Below the pieces are notes generated by a model that did no database searches, was not told the origin of the DNA, and saw only the letters and a list, made by a program, of their open reading frames with translations. The position numbers were made by a program, and so were the translations under genes. From Gemmatimonadota bacterium (GTDB lineage Bacteria; Gemmatimonadota; Gemmatimonadetes; Gemmatimonadales; Gemmatimonadaceae), in assembly GCA_031401495.1 (NCBI GenBank), contig JANNRQ010000021.1:99-64098 (forward strand): a DNA stretch of 64,000 nt. Direction: 5' to 3'. Every line of letters begins with the position of its first letter. The stretch's first letter is position 1. Positions 47,975 to 56,089 of the stretch are shown here, piece by piece.

Positions 47975-50352
47975 GCCACGAACTCAGCAGCATCACGCGC
48001 ACGGTGCGCGCCGGAATCGCCAAGGACCGCGAGCACGGCGCGGTCGTTCCGCCGATTCATCTCACGTCCACGTTCGCCTTCGAGTCGTTCGGCAAGCCGA
48101 GGCGGTTCGACTACACACGCAGCGGCAACCCGACGCGGACGCAATTGGCGGACGCGATCGCCGAACTCGAGCACGGTGTCGGCGCTGTGGTCACCAGCAC
48201 CGGCATGAGCGCGGTAGGACTGGTGCTGGCGCTCGCACGGCCGGGCGACGTGGTGATAGCGGCGCACGATTGCTATGGGGGAACCCAACGCTTGCTGAGG
48301 GCGTTGGCGGGGAAAGGGCAGTTCGACCTTCGGTTTGTCGATCTGACGGCAGACCCAAGACCCAAGACCCAAGACCCAAGACCCAAGTTGGACCTCAGTG
48401 GGGCGAGGATTGTGTGGATCGAAACACCCAGCAATCCGCTGCTGCGCATCACGGACATCCGGCGGATATGCGCGGCGGCGCATGAGGCCGGGGCGCTCGC
48501 GGTCGTCGACAACACCTTCCTCTCTCCGGCGCTGCAGCAACCGCTCGCACTGGGCGCGGATATCGTCGTGCACTCCACCACGAAGTATCTCAACGGACAC
48601 AGTGACGTCGTCGGCGGCGCGGTGATCGCGCGTGACCTGGCGCTGCATGAGGAGCTGGCGTGGTGGGCGAACGCGACCGGGGTCACCGGCGCGCCGTTCG
48701 ACAGTTTTCTCACGCTGCGCGGGATTCGCACGCTGTTCCCGCGCATCAAGCAACACGAAGCCAATGCGGCGGTGGTGGTCGAAGCGCTCGTGAAGCACCC
48801 GGCCGTCGCCCGCGTCTACTACCCCGGCCTCGCCTCGCACCCGGGACACGAGATCGCGCGAGAACAGCAGGCGGGCTTCGGCGCGATGCTCAGCTTTGAA
48901 CTCGCCGCAGGTCCTGCCGCCGTTGAACCGTTCACCAGCGCGCTGCGCTGCTTCACGCTCGCGGAGTCACTTGGCGGCGTCGAGAGCCTCGTCGCGCATC
49001 CGGCCACCATGACCCACGCGTCCATGAGCGTCGAAGCCCGCGCCGCCGCTGGAATATCAGAATCGCTCGTTCGTCTCTCCGTAGGTACGGAAGACGCAGC
49101 CGACCTCGTTCACGACCTGCTCGCCGCACTCGATGCCGCGCATGCCGCCGCCGTCTCGGGTCTCGGGTCTCGGGTCTTGGGTCTTGGGTCTCACGTGTCC
49201 GACGCGAAACGCCGGCAACAAACCGACGTTGTTTTGCTCGGGGTCGGCTCCATTGGTCGCGAGCTGTTGAGTCAGCTCTCGTCATTTGGCGCAGGCTTCC
49301 GTGTCTGCGGCTTGGTGGACCGGTCCGGCTACGTCTTCGACGCAAACGGTATCGCGTCGGAGCGTCTCGTTGAGTTGAGCGACATCAAGGAGCGTGGTGG
49401 CAAGCTCGCCGAGACGGCGACCGGTGTCGTCGCCAACGCGGTGCAGGCTTTGGAACACATCGGTGCCAGTGCGCTGTGGCGTCCGATTCTCGTGGATGCA
49501 ACCGCTGCCGACACCACGGACGTCCTGGACCGTGCGCTCTCGCACGGGTGGGATGTCGTGCTCGCGAACAAAGTGCCGCTCGCGGCCGGCCTTGAATCCG
49601 CGGAACGGCTGTGGCGGCGCGCGCGCTTGCACGGTCGGCGCATCCTGCACGAGGCCACGGTCGGAGCCGGCCTGCCGGTGATCGACACCCTGCGGAAACT
49701 TCAGGAGGCCGGGGACAAGATCCTATCTATAGAAGGGTGCCCCAGCGGGACCCTTGGCTTCATATTCGGAGAACTGGGTCGGGGACGCAGCTTTTCCGAC
49801 GCGATCCGGGCCGCGGTGTCTGCCGGATACACCGAACCTGATCCGCGCGCAGATCTCTCGGGGCTCGATGTGGCGCGCAAGGCGCTCATCCTCGCGCGCC
49901 TCGTCGGCTACCGTGGAGATCTGGGCAGTATCGCGGTCGAGTCGCTGGTCCCGCGCGCGCTCAGTGACATTCCACGCGACCAGTTCCTCGAGCGCGTGAG
50001 CGAGGCAGACCCGCAGTGGCGCGCGCGCGTGGAATCCGCGCGCAATCGTGGCGTGGTAATGCGCTACCGCGCGCGCGCCACAGCGACGTCCGTGTCCGTC
50101 GGGCTGGTCGAAGTTGACGAGTCCGACCCGCTGAGCACGTTGCAGGGAACGGACAACCAGTTCTCGTTCGTAACCGAGCGGTATCGCGAACAGCCTCTGG
50201 TGATACGCGGCCCCGGAGCCGGGCCAGCAGTCACGGCCGCTGGAGTCTTCAACGACCTGCTCCGGCTGGCCTCCGAACGGGGAAGCGAACCCAGGTCGCG
50301 GACGGCGAAAGCGTACCGAGCCAGACCGGCAACTGCAACCTCCACGGCCTGA
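47971..50352 (+). CDS. Fusion protein: cystathionine gamma-synthase/O-acylhomoserine sulfhydrylase-like PLP enzyme (N) plus ThrA/MetL-type homoserine dehydrogenase (C)
   Basis: The ATG overlaps the metX stop (ATGA). The N-domain has the PLP-lysine motif HSTTKYLNGHSDVVGG and C-terminal LVRLSVGTED. After a Gly/Ser/Leu linker come a Rossmann motif VVLLGVGSIGRE, EATVGAGLPVIDTL, GTLGFIFGEL and GYTEPDPRADLSGLDVARKALILARL, all typical of homoserine dehydrogenase. The first 780 nt of the 1053-aa ORF in the track is an out-of-frame overlap with metX and is not counted. Confidence 0.85.
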   Translation: MSHELSSITRTVRAGIAKDREHGAVVPPIHLTSTFAFESFGKPRRFDYTRSGNPTRTQLADAIAELEHGVGAVVTSTGMSAVGLVLALARPGDVVIAAHDCYGGTQRLLRALAGKGQFDLRFVDLTADPRPKTQDPRPKLDLSGARIVWIETPSNPLLRITDIRRICAAAHEAGALAVVDNTFLSPALQQPLALGADIVVHSTTKYLNGHSDVVGGAVIARDLALHEELAWWANATGVTGAPFDSFLTLRGIRTLFPRIKQHEANAAVVVEALVKHPAVARVYYPGLASHPGHEIAREQQAGFGAMLSFELAAGPAAVEPFTSALRCFTLAESLGGVESLVAHPATMTHASMSVEARAAAGISESLVRLSVGTEDAADLVHDLLAALDAAHAAAVSGLGSRVLGLGSHVSDAKRRQQTDVVLLGVGSIGRELLSQLSSFGAGFRVCGLVDRSGYVFDANGIASERLVELSDIKERGGKLAETATGVVANAVQALEHIGASALWRPILVDATAADTTDVLDRALSHGWDVVLANKVPLAAGLESAERLWRRARLHGRRILHEATVGAGLPVIDTLRKLQEAGDKILSIEGCPSGTLGFIFGELGRGRSFSDAIRAAVSAGYTEPDPRADLSGLDVARKALILARLVGYRGDLGSIAVESLVPRALSDIPRDQFLERVSEADPQWRARVESARNRGVVMRYRARATATSVSVGLVEVDESDPLSTLQGTDNQFSFVTERYREQPLVIRGPGAGPAVTAAGVFNDLLRLASERGSEPRSRTAKAYRARPATATSTA
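48351..48387 (+). repeat. In-frame tandem heptanucleotide repeat (AGACCCA x 5.3) inside the PLP domain
   Basis: AGACCCA AGACCCA AGACCCA AGACCCA AGACCCA AG, translated as DPRPKTQDPRPK. Confidence 0.9.
49153..49194 (+). repeat. In-frame tandem heptanucleotide repeat (GTCTCGG x3, GTCTTGG x2, GTCTCAC) in the inter-domain linker; reverse complement of the 48351 family
   Basis: Six 7-nt units, translated as VSGLGSRVLGLGSH. CTTGGGTCTTGGGTCT is the exact reverse complement of part of the 48351-48387 array. Confidence 0.9.
49726..49735 (+). other. TCTATAGAAG motif copy 3 (TCTATAGAAGGG)
   Basis: Exact 10-mer inside the homoserine dehydrogenase domain. It is read as CTA TCT ATA GAA (L-S-I-E), three consecutive A/T-ending codons expected to be rare in a high-GC genome. 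Confidence 0.9.
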
Positions 50353-50476
50353 ACGACAATCTCACGGATTTCGTGCATTCCACGGATAGTCCCGCGTAGC
50401 GGCCAGGCCTGATGCATGGCGTGTTGTTGTTGCTGGTAACAACAAAGGAAACTGTTGATCCGGCGAATCCGCGATT

Positions 50477-52615
50477 GTGGTTCGGCAGTTCGCGCGACTG
50501 CGATTAGCGCGTTGTCAGGCCACAGTCTGGGCAATCGCAACATCAAGTAGCGGTCGCCCGGTGCCCTCGGTTGCGGCTCGCAGGAGACCCCCTATCGTTG
50601 GCTCCGTGACCGCGCCAACCAGCGAGTTTCTGGCACTTCAAGCATCCGTCGCTGGGCGGTACTCCATCGAGCGCGAGCTTGGACGTGGTGGCATGGGGAT
50701 CGTCTTCCTGGCCCGCGACGTTGCGCTGAATCGGCCTGTCGCGATCAAGTTGTTGCCAGCGGCGTTCTCGCAAGAGGCGGACATGCGCGAACGGTTTGTG
50801 CGCGAAGCGCGCACTGCTGCCAGCCTCTTTCATCCGAACATCGTCCCGATTCACCTGGTCGAAGAGCGCGACGAACTGGTGTACTTCGTCATGGCGTACG
50901 TCGAAGGTGAGAGCGTCGGCGATCGCGTGCGGCGCGCCGGCCCGATGTCGGCGTCGGCGGTTCGGCGGATGCTCCAGGAGGTGTCGTGGGCGTTGGGCTA
51001 TGCGCACGAGAAGGGAGTCGTCCATCGCGACATCAAGCCCGACAACATCCTTATCGAACGCGGCGGCGGACGATCGCTCGTAACGGATTTCGGCATCGCG
51101 CGCGTCGCCGACGCGTCCGGCGGTACCAGTCGAGGTGAGCTGCTCGGCACCGTACAGTTCATGAGTCCGGAGCAGGCGACAGGTGAGACCGTGGATGGTC
51201 GCAGCGACCTCTACTCGCTTGGCATCACGGCGTTCTTCGCGCTGACCGGCCGGCTTCCGTTCGAGGCTGAGAGCCCTGTGGCGTACATCCACAAACACGT
51301 CAGCGTGCCGGCGCCGCGTGTCGCGTCCCTTGCAACCCAGACGCCGGCGAAGCTGGCCGAGGCGATCGACAAGTGTCTCGCGAAAGCACCAACGGAGCGG
51401 TTTGCGACAGGTGAGATGCTGGCGCAGGCATTGGCGGATGCCGGGGAAGTTGCGCAGGAGTTGCCACCCGAGATTCGTGTGCTTCTGCGGCGGATCCGCA
51501 CCGCAAGCGTGGTGTTCGGCATGCTGTCCGGCTCCAGCATGCTCCTGTTTTTTTGGGGGCCCGACATCATGCGTTCGCTGCAGAAGGCTGAAGCGTCGCT
51601 CATCTTCGTCGTTGTCGTCGTGCCGGTGATGTTGTTGGGACAAGGGCTTACGCGACTTCTGCGCGACGCCCGCCGCTGCGTGAAGCGCGGCTACGGAACT
51701 GCTTTCGTGAACGAGGCACTCGCTGCAGAGGCTCGCGCCATGATCGAAGAGGGTGCGCTGGAGGGTGTGGCACGAACCCAAGGCGCACCGCTGCTCGGCG
51801 CAACGCCGTGGTACCGGTACCAGTCATTGCCGGTTGCGGAAAACCCAGTGATCAAGAACGGAATCAAACGCGAGAAGACTATCGGTCAGGCGCGGATACT
51901 GGGAATCATCGCCGCGTTCCTCTTCGTGGTTGCCGCCGTCTCGCCGGGCCCGACATCCGGTTTCGTCGCGCTCGGCCTCCTGTTTCTGGGCGGAACATTG
52001 TTGTCGTTTTTCGCCGGCCCGGCCGTGGGTGAGGACTCTCCGCTTGTCGCGCTCGACTGGGGCGAGCGGCTGTTGATCGGGCGATTCGGACGACTCCTCT
52101 TTCGTGCTGCGCGCATCCGCCTCAAGGATCAGGCCGCTCCCGCCATAGCGGCCGCCGGCCAGCGCACGGAGGCTGCACTCGCAATTGCCATTGACGACCT
52201 CATTCGCGCCTTGCCGCGCGAACTGCGTTCGCGCTTTGCGAATGCCCGCGACGTCACCAAGCGACTGGAGGCCACGGCCAGCACGCTCCGTCAGCGCGAC
52301 GCCGAACTGTCGGACACGCTCGCCCGCGTGGATATGCATGCGCCGGCAGCCAGCAAAGGCGGTCACGACAAACTCCAGCGCGAACTGCAGGAGGCGCGCG
52401 CCAATGTTCGCGAGCGTTTGGCGACCGCAGTAGCGACGATCGAGACGATCCGCCTCGACCTGCTTCGCCTTCAGGCCGGCGTCGGCGGCGCCGCAGGCGC
52501 AGATCACCTCACAGCGGAGATCGAGCGTGCGCGCGAGCTCGGAGACGCCATCGATGCGGACCTCGGAGGGCGCAAAGAGGTCGACGCACTGCTCGCGCCG
52601 TCCACGACTCACTGA
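50477..52615 (+). CDS. Membrane-bound Ser/Thr protein kinase with multi-TM and coiled-coil C-terminal region
   Basis: Hanks kinase motifs: GRGGMGIVFLA, AIK, HRDIKPDNIL, DFGIA and SPEQ. Several hydrophobic segments lie after about residue 330, and the C-terminal 150 aa are helical. The true start may be the GTG at 50606, 14 aa before the kinase core. Confidence 0.85.
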   Translation: MVRQFARLRLARCQATVWAIATSSSGRPVPSVAARRRPPIVGSVTAPTSEFLALQASVAGRYSIERELGRGGMGIVFLARDVALNRPVAIKLLPAAFSQEADMRERFVREARTAASLFHPNIVPIHLVEERDELVYFVMAYVEGESVGDRVRRAGPMSASAVRRMLQEVSWALGYAHEKGVVHRDIKPDNILIERGGGRSLVTDFGIARVADASGGTSRGELLGTVQFMSPEQATGETVDGRSDLYSLGITAFFALTGRLPFEAESPVAYIHKHVSVPAPRVASLATQTPAKLAEAIDKCLAKAPTERFATGEMLAQALADAGEVAQELPPEIRVLLRRIRTASVVFGMLSGSSMLLFFWGPDIMRSLQKAEASLIFVVVVVPVMLLGQGLTRLLRDARRCVKRGYGTAFVNEALAAEARAMIEEGALEGVARTQGAPLLGATPWYRYQSLPVAENPVIKNGIKREKTIGQARILGIIAAFLFVVAAVSPGPTSGFVALGLLFLGGTLLSFFAGPAVGEDSPLVALDWGERLLIGRFGRLLFRAARIRLKDQAAPAIAAAGQRTEAALAIAIDDLIRALPRELRSRFANARDVTKRLEATASTLRQRDAELSDTLARVDMHAPAASKGGHDKLQRELQEARANVRERLATAVATIETIRLDLLRLQAGVGGAAGADHLTAEIERARELGDAIDADLGGRKEVDALLAPSTTH

Positions 52616-52701
52616 AGGGCCAATGTAACCGTCGCACTGTCGGGCTCCGCAGTCTGGTAGGCTCAAGAAAGGCCGCTCTTGACAGGTGCGCTGCTCCCGT
52701 G

Positions 52702-52732
52702 CTAGATATGCAGCATACTGCTGGATTTCTAG
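52702..52732. promoter_or_regulatory. 31-bp imperfect palindrome, candidate BlaI-family operator overlapping the promoter
   Basis: CTAGATATG CAGCA tac TGCTG GATTTCTAG. TTGACA at 52679-52684 lies 17 nt upstream. GGAG sits 6 nt before the repressor ATG at 52746. Confidence 0.5.
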
Positions 52733-52745
52733 CATCGGAGATCGA

Positions 52746-53153
52746 ATGTCAAAGACCACAGGGCAGGGCGCCAAGAAGCTGGCCAAGCTCAGCCGGCGCG
52801 AGCGGGAGTGCATAGACGTGCTGTATCAGCGGGGGCAGGCCACGGTGGCCGAAGTGCTCGAAGCGCTGGCCGATCCACCAGGCTACTCAGCCGTCCGCGC
52901 CACGCTCAACGTCCTCGTGGACAAAGGGCATGCGCAACACAGGCAAGACGGTCCGCGCTACGTCTACCTGCCCGCGATTCCGGCCGGTTCGGCGAGAAAC
53001 GCCGCTGTCGAACACCTCGTAAGGACATTCTTCGGAGGTTCCGCGGAAGAAGCCGCGGTCGCTCTCCTGGAGATGTCGGACACAAAGATCCCGCGGGAAA
53101 CCATCGACCGGCTCGCCAAGAGCATCCAGAGCGCACGCAAGGAGGGACGTTGA
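52746..53153 (+). CDS. BlaI/MecI/CopY family transcriptional repressor
   Basis: LSRRERECIDVLYQRGQATVAEVLEAL......YSAVRATLNVLVDKGH is the winged-helix penicillinase-repressor pattern. It lies directly upstream of an M56 peptidase gene. Confidence 0.85.
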   Translation: MSKTTGQGAKKLAKLSRRERECIDVLYQRGQATVAEVLEALADPPGYSAVRATLNVLVDKGHAQHRQDGPRYVYLPAIPAGSARNAAVEHLVRTFFGGSAEEAAVALLEMSDTKIPRETIDRLAKSIQSARKEGR

Positions 53154-53154
53154 G

Positions 53155-55245
53155 ATGATTGACACACTCATTCGCACGTCGGCGCTGTTCATCATCGTCG
53201 CCATCGCGTCGTACGCGCTGCGCGACCGCTCCGCGGCGATGCGGCACATGCTGTGGTCCTTCGCCATCGCGGGCGCTGTGCTGCTGCCGGCGCTCACGAA
53301 AATTGCGCCGTTCCAGTGGCGCGTCCTTCCGGCTCCGGTCGCAACGACACCTAATACCCAGGTTGAGTCGCCGGGCGCGGTTGACGACAAATCGGCGCGG
53401 AGCGTCGCCGAGAACCCAAGCGGCCGCGACCTGTCCTCGAGCGCAGCGAAGGAAGCGGCCGCCGAGCACGAGGGTCCCCTTGGTGCTGCTCCCGCTTCGC
53501 CCCCGCTCCAGCGTCTCGATCTCGCGACTGCCTTCCTGCTGCTCTGGGGCGCCGGTGCACTGATCCTGCTCACGCGTCTCGTCGCAGGGCTCGTCGCGGT
53601 TCAGCGTATCGCCAATCGTGCCACCGAAATCACCGACGACTCGTGGCGCTCGCTGACCGACCGCGCCATTCGCGCGCTCGACGTGCGCGTGCCGGTGGAA
53701 GTGCGTCGCAGCGATGAGGTCGCCATGCCGTTCGCGTGCGGCCTCACGCGCCCGATCATCGTCTTGCCGGCCAACACCGACACATGGAATGCACAGCAGC
53801 GTCAAGCGGTGCTGCTGCACGAGCTCGCTCACGTCAGTCGTGGAGATCTTGCAATGAACGCACTCTCGCACGTCATGCGCGCCGCATACTGGGTGAATCC
53901 GCTGGCGTGGCTGGCGGCCCACCGCCTGCGCGTTGAAGGAGAGAAGGCGGCTGACGATGCTGTGCTCCGCGGCGGTGCCCGTCCGTCGGAGTACGCCGAT
54001 CACCTGCTCAGCATCGTTCGCACGGTGGGCAACACCGTTCCCACCGTCGCGCTCGCCATGGCCCGTCGCTCCGACTTTGAAGGACGGCTCCTGGCGATCC
54101 TCGAACCCGGGGTGCCGCGCGATCGCATGTCGCGCGTACGTGTCTTCGCGCTCGCGGCGCTGTTCGTGGCGGCGACGCTCCCGCTCGCGGCGATGACACG
54201 CGCCGGAGCTCCGCTGCCAACGAACGCCGAAATCGAATCGGCGGTGAATGAAGTTCAGGGGTCCGCGCAGCAACCGAACACGGCGCCGCTACCCAGTCCT
54301 TCTGCCACCGTGGAGGCGCTCGCCTCGGCGGTTAGCGACGAGTCGTACAACGTTCGACTCGCCGCAGTCCAGTCACTCGGAAATCTTCAGGATCCGGCGG
54401 CCATCGCGGCGCTGGCCGAAGCGCTCAAGAAGGACACGGACGCGCGCGTCCGCGAGGCTGCGGCATGGGCGCTTGGCGAAATCGATGACAACCGCGCGGT
54501 GCCGCACCTGCTCGAGGCGCTCAAGACCGAAAGGAGCGTCAAGGTGCGCGAGAAGATCGTGAATTCCCTGCGTGAGATCGGCGATCCCAGCGCGACGTCG
54601 GGCATCGTTGCGATTCTTCGTGACGCGGCCCCCGAAGTGCGTCGCGCTGCCGTGTCCGCGCTCGCGGAGTTCGAGGACCCGGCATCGCTGGCCGCGTTGC
54701 TCACCATGATCCGCGACGATGACGTCGAAGTGCGGCGCGAAGTGGCGCAGCACATCGGAAGCATGGAAAACGCCGCAGCGTTCGACGCGCTCGTCGTGAT
54801 GACGCGTGACGCAGACGACGAGGTGCGTGCTAACGCTGTCGGGTCACTGCACCACTTCGAAGACCAACGGGTCGTGCCGGTGTACGTCGCGGCCCTCAAG
54901 GACAAGAACGTTCACGTCCGCCAACATGCAGCAGACGGTTTCGGCAACATCGAAGGCCTGAAGAATGCGCCAAGCGCGCTCATAGAGGCACTTCAGGACC
55001 CGAACCGCGATGTGCGTCGTTCCGCCGCCAGTTCACTTGGCAATATCGGCGATGAAGACGCGGTGCCGGCACTCAAGAGGTTGGTCAGCGACAACGACAC
55101 GGAGACCCGCCGCCACGCAGTCGAGGCCCTCAAGGACATCGGTGGCGCCGAAGCAATCACTGCGCTGATGGGCCTGCTCAAGGATCCGGACCCTGAAGTA
55201 CGGAAGACGGCAGCCGAGGCGCTGGGCAAACGGCGCGGCAACTAA
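53155..55245 (+). CDS. BlaR1-like M56 family membrane metalloprotease fused to a C-terminal HEAT-repeat domain
   Basis: Four N-terminal TM segments and the HEXXH motif (LLHELAHVSRGD). The C-terminal 330 aa or so consist of repeated V(R)..AA.ALG...D..A...L...L.D HEAT/PBS-lyase-type repeats in place of a penicillin-binding sensor. Confidence 0.85.
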   Translation: MIDTLIRTSALFIIVAIASYALRDRSAAMRHMLWSFAIAGAVLLPALTKIAPFQWRVLPAPVATTPNTQVESPGAVDDKSARSVAENPSGRDLSSSAAKEAAAEHEGPLGAAPASPPLQRLDLATAFLLLWGAGALILLTRLVAGLVAVQRIANRATEITDDSWRSLTDRAIRALDVRVPVEVRRSDEVAMPFACGLTRPIIVLPANTDTWNAQQRQAVLLHELAHVSRGDLAMNALSHVMRAAYWVNPLAWLAAHRLRVEGEKAADDAVLRGGARPSEYADHLLSIVRTVGNTVPTVALAMARRSDFEGRLLAILEPGVPRDRMSRVRVFALAALFVAATLPLAAMTRAGAPLPTNAEIESAVNEVQGSAQQPNTAPLPSPSATVEALASAVSDESYNVRLAAVQSLGNLQDPAAIAALAEALKKDTDARVREAAAWALGEIDDNRAVPHLLEALKTERSVKVREKIVNSLREIGDPSATSGIVAILRDAAPEVRRAAVSALAEFEDPASLAALLTMIRDDDVEVRREVAQHIGSMENAAAFDALVVMTRDADDEVRANAVGSLHHFEDQRVVPVYVAALKDKNVHVRQHAADGFGNIEGLKNAPSALIEALQDPNRDVRRSAASSLGNIGDEDAVPALKRLVSDNDTETRRHAVEALKDIGGAEAITALMGLLKDPDPEVRKTAAEALGKRRGN

Positions 55246-55928
55246 TGATGGGGCGTAGCGCGGTTGCGGCGTTGGGGGCAGTTGCTCTCACCGCCGCGCT
55301 TAGTGTGGCCTGCGCGCGTGATAGCGCGGCGCAGGTGGCGTCGGCTCGCAGTGCGGTCGCGGACGACACCGCCTCGCTGTCCAGGCTGCTCAACACTGTT
55401 CGTGGTGTGGATCCACTGTTTTGCGAGCTCACGGTCCGCGCCGTGGATCAGCACGGCTCATGGTCGAATTGGGGCCCGATGTCGGGCAGCGCACTCGAAG
55501 TGGATAGCGCGTCGGCCGCATTGGTCCGCTGGATCCAGAATGAGCACAAGGATGCGAACGTTGTTCCGCGCCTGCGTACCGCGATTCGGGACAGCGATGG
55601 CTGCGTGCGCCGCGTCGCCGGATCGTTCCTCGCTCGCGTGGAGCACGCGTCCGCCAAGGCAGCGCTGATGGATGCGCTGAACGACAACCGCGCCGAGGTC
55701 AGGGAAGTGGCCGCATTCGGACTGGGCATGGCGGAGCATCCGCCGGCGGTGGATGCGCTGATCCGTACGCTGCGCGATGACTCGCCCCGTGTTCGCGGTG
55801 CGGCCGCGTGGGCGCTTGGCGGCCTCGAGAACAAGAAGGCTGTGCCGCCGCTGATGACCCTGCTGGCGCGCGACAATGACGCCAAGGTGCGTCAGGCAGC
55901 CGCCTGGGCGATCGGCAACATCAAGTGA
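55245..55928 (+). CDS. Secreted HEAT-repeat protein
   Basis: The ATG shares 1 nt with the upstream TAA stop. Signal peptide MMGRSAVAALGAVALTAALSVACA. The C-terminal repeats EVREVAAFGLG, RVRGAAAWALG and KVRQAAAWAIG are the same type as in the upstream protein. Confidence 0.75.
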   Translation: MMGRSAVAALGAVALTAALSVACARDSAAQVASARSAVADDTASLSRLLNTVRGVDPLFCELTVRAVDQHGSWSNWGPMSGSALEVDSASAALVRWIQNEHKDANVVPRLRTAIRDSDGCVRRVAGSFLARVEHASAKAALMDALNDNRAEVREVAAFGLGMAEHPPAVDALIRTLRDDSPRVRGAAAWALGGLENKKAVPPLMTLLARDNDAKVRQAAAWAIGNIK

Positions 55929-55952
55929 CGTAGTCAGGGTGAGCCACCGCCT

Positions 55953-56027
55953 GTCATCCCGAGCCTAGCGAGGGATCTGCAGTAGTTGCCTGCAGATCCC
56001 TCAGTCGCGTCGCTCCTTCGGGATGAC
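55953..56027. repeat. REP-like long imperfect hairpin (GTCATCCCGA ... GAGGGATCTGCAG / CTGCAGATCCCTC ... TCGGGATGAC)
   Basis: The inner 13-bp perfect stem is 55970-82 paired with 55990-56002. The outer 10-bp perfect stem is 55953-62 paired with 56018-27. It lies 25 nt downstream of the HEAT gene stop. The arm sequence resembles a GTCATCCCGAGC..GCGAGGGATC-type hairpin I recall seeing in many soil-bacterial genomes. Confidence 0.75.
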
Positions 56028-56089
56028 ATTGGCACGGTCAGCGGTTGTGCCCGGAAATTCGTACTTTGGGGTGACTCATTCCCCCACCC

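Noticed and set aside
50543-54273. Long antisense ORFs opposite the kinase and the BlaR1-like gene (50543..51781 -, 51824..52813 -, 52906..54273 -).
   Set aside because: They have no motifs and an Arg/His-rich composition, and they are fully antisense to genes with unambiguous catalytic motifs.
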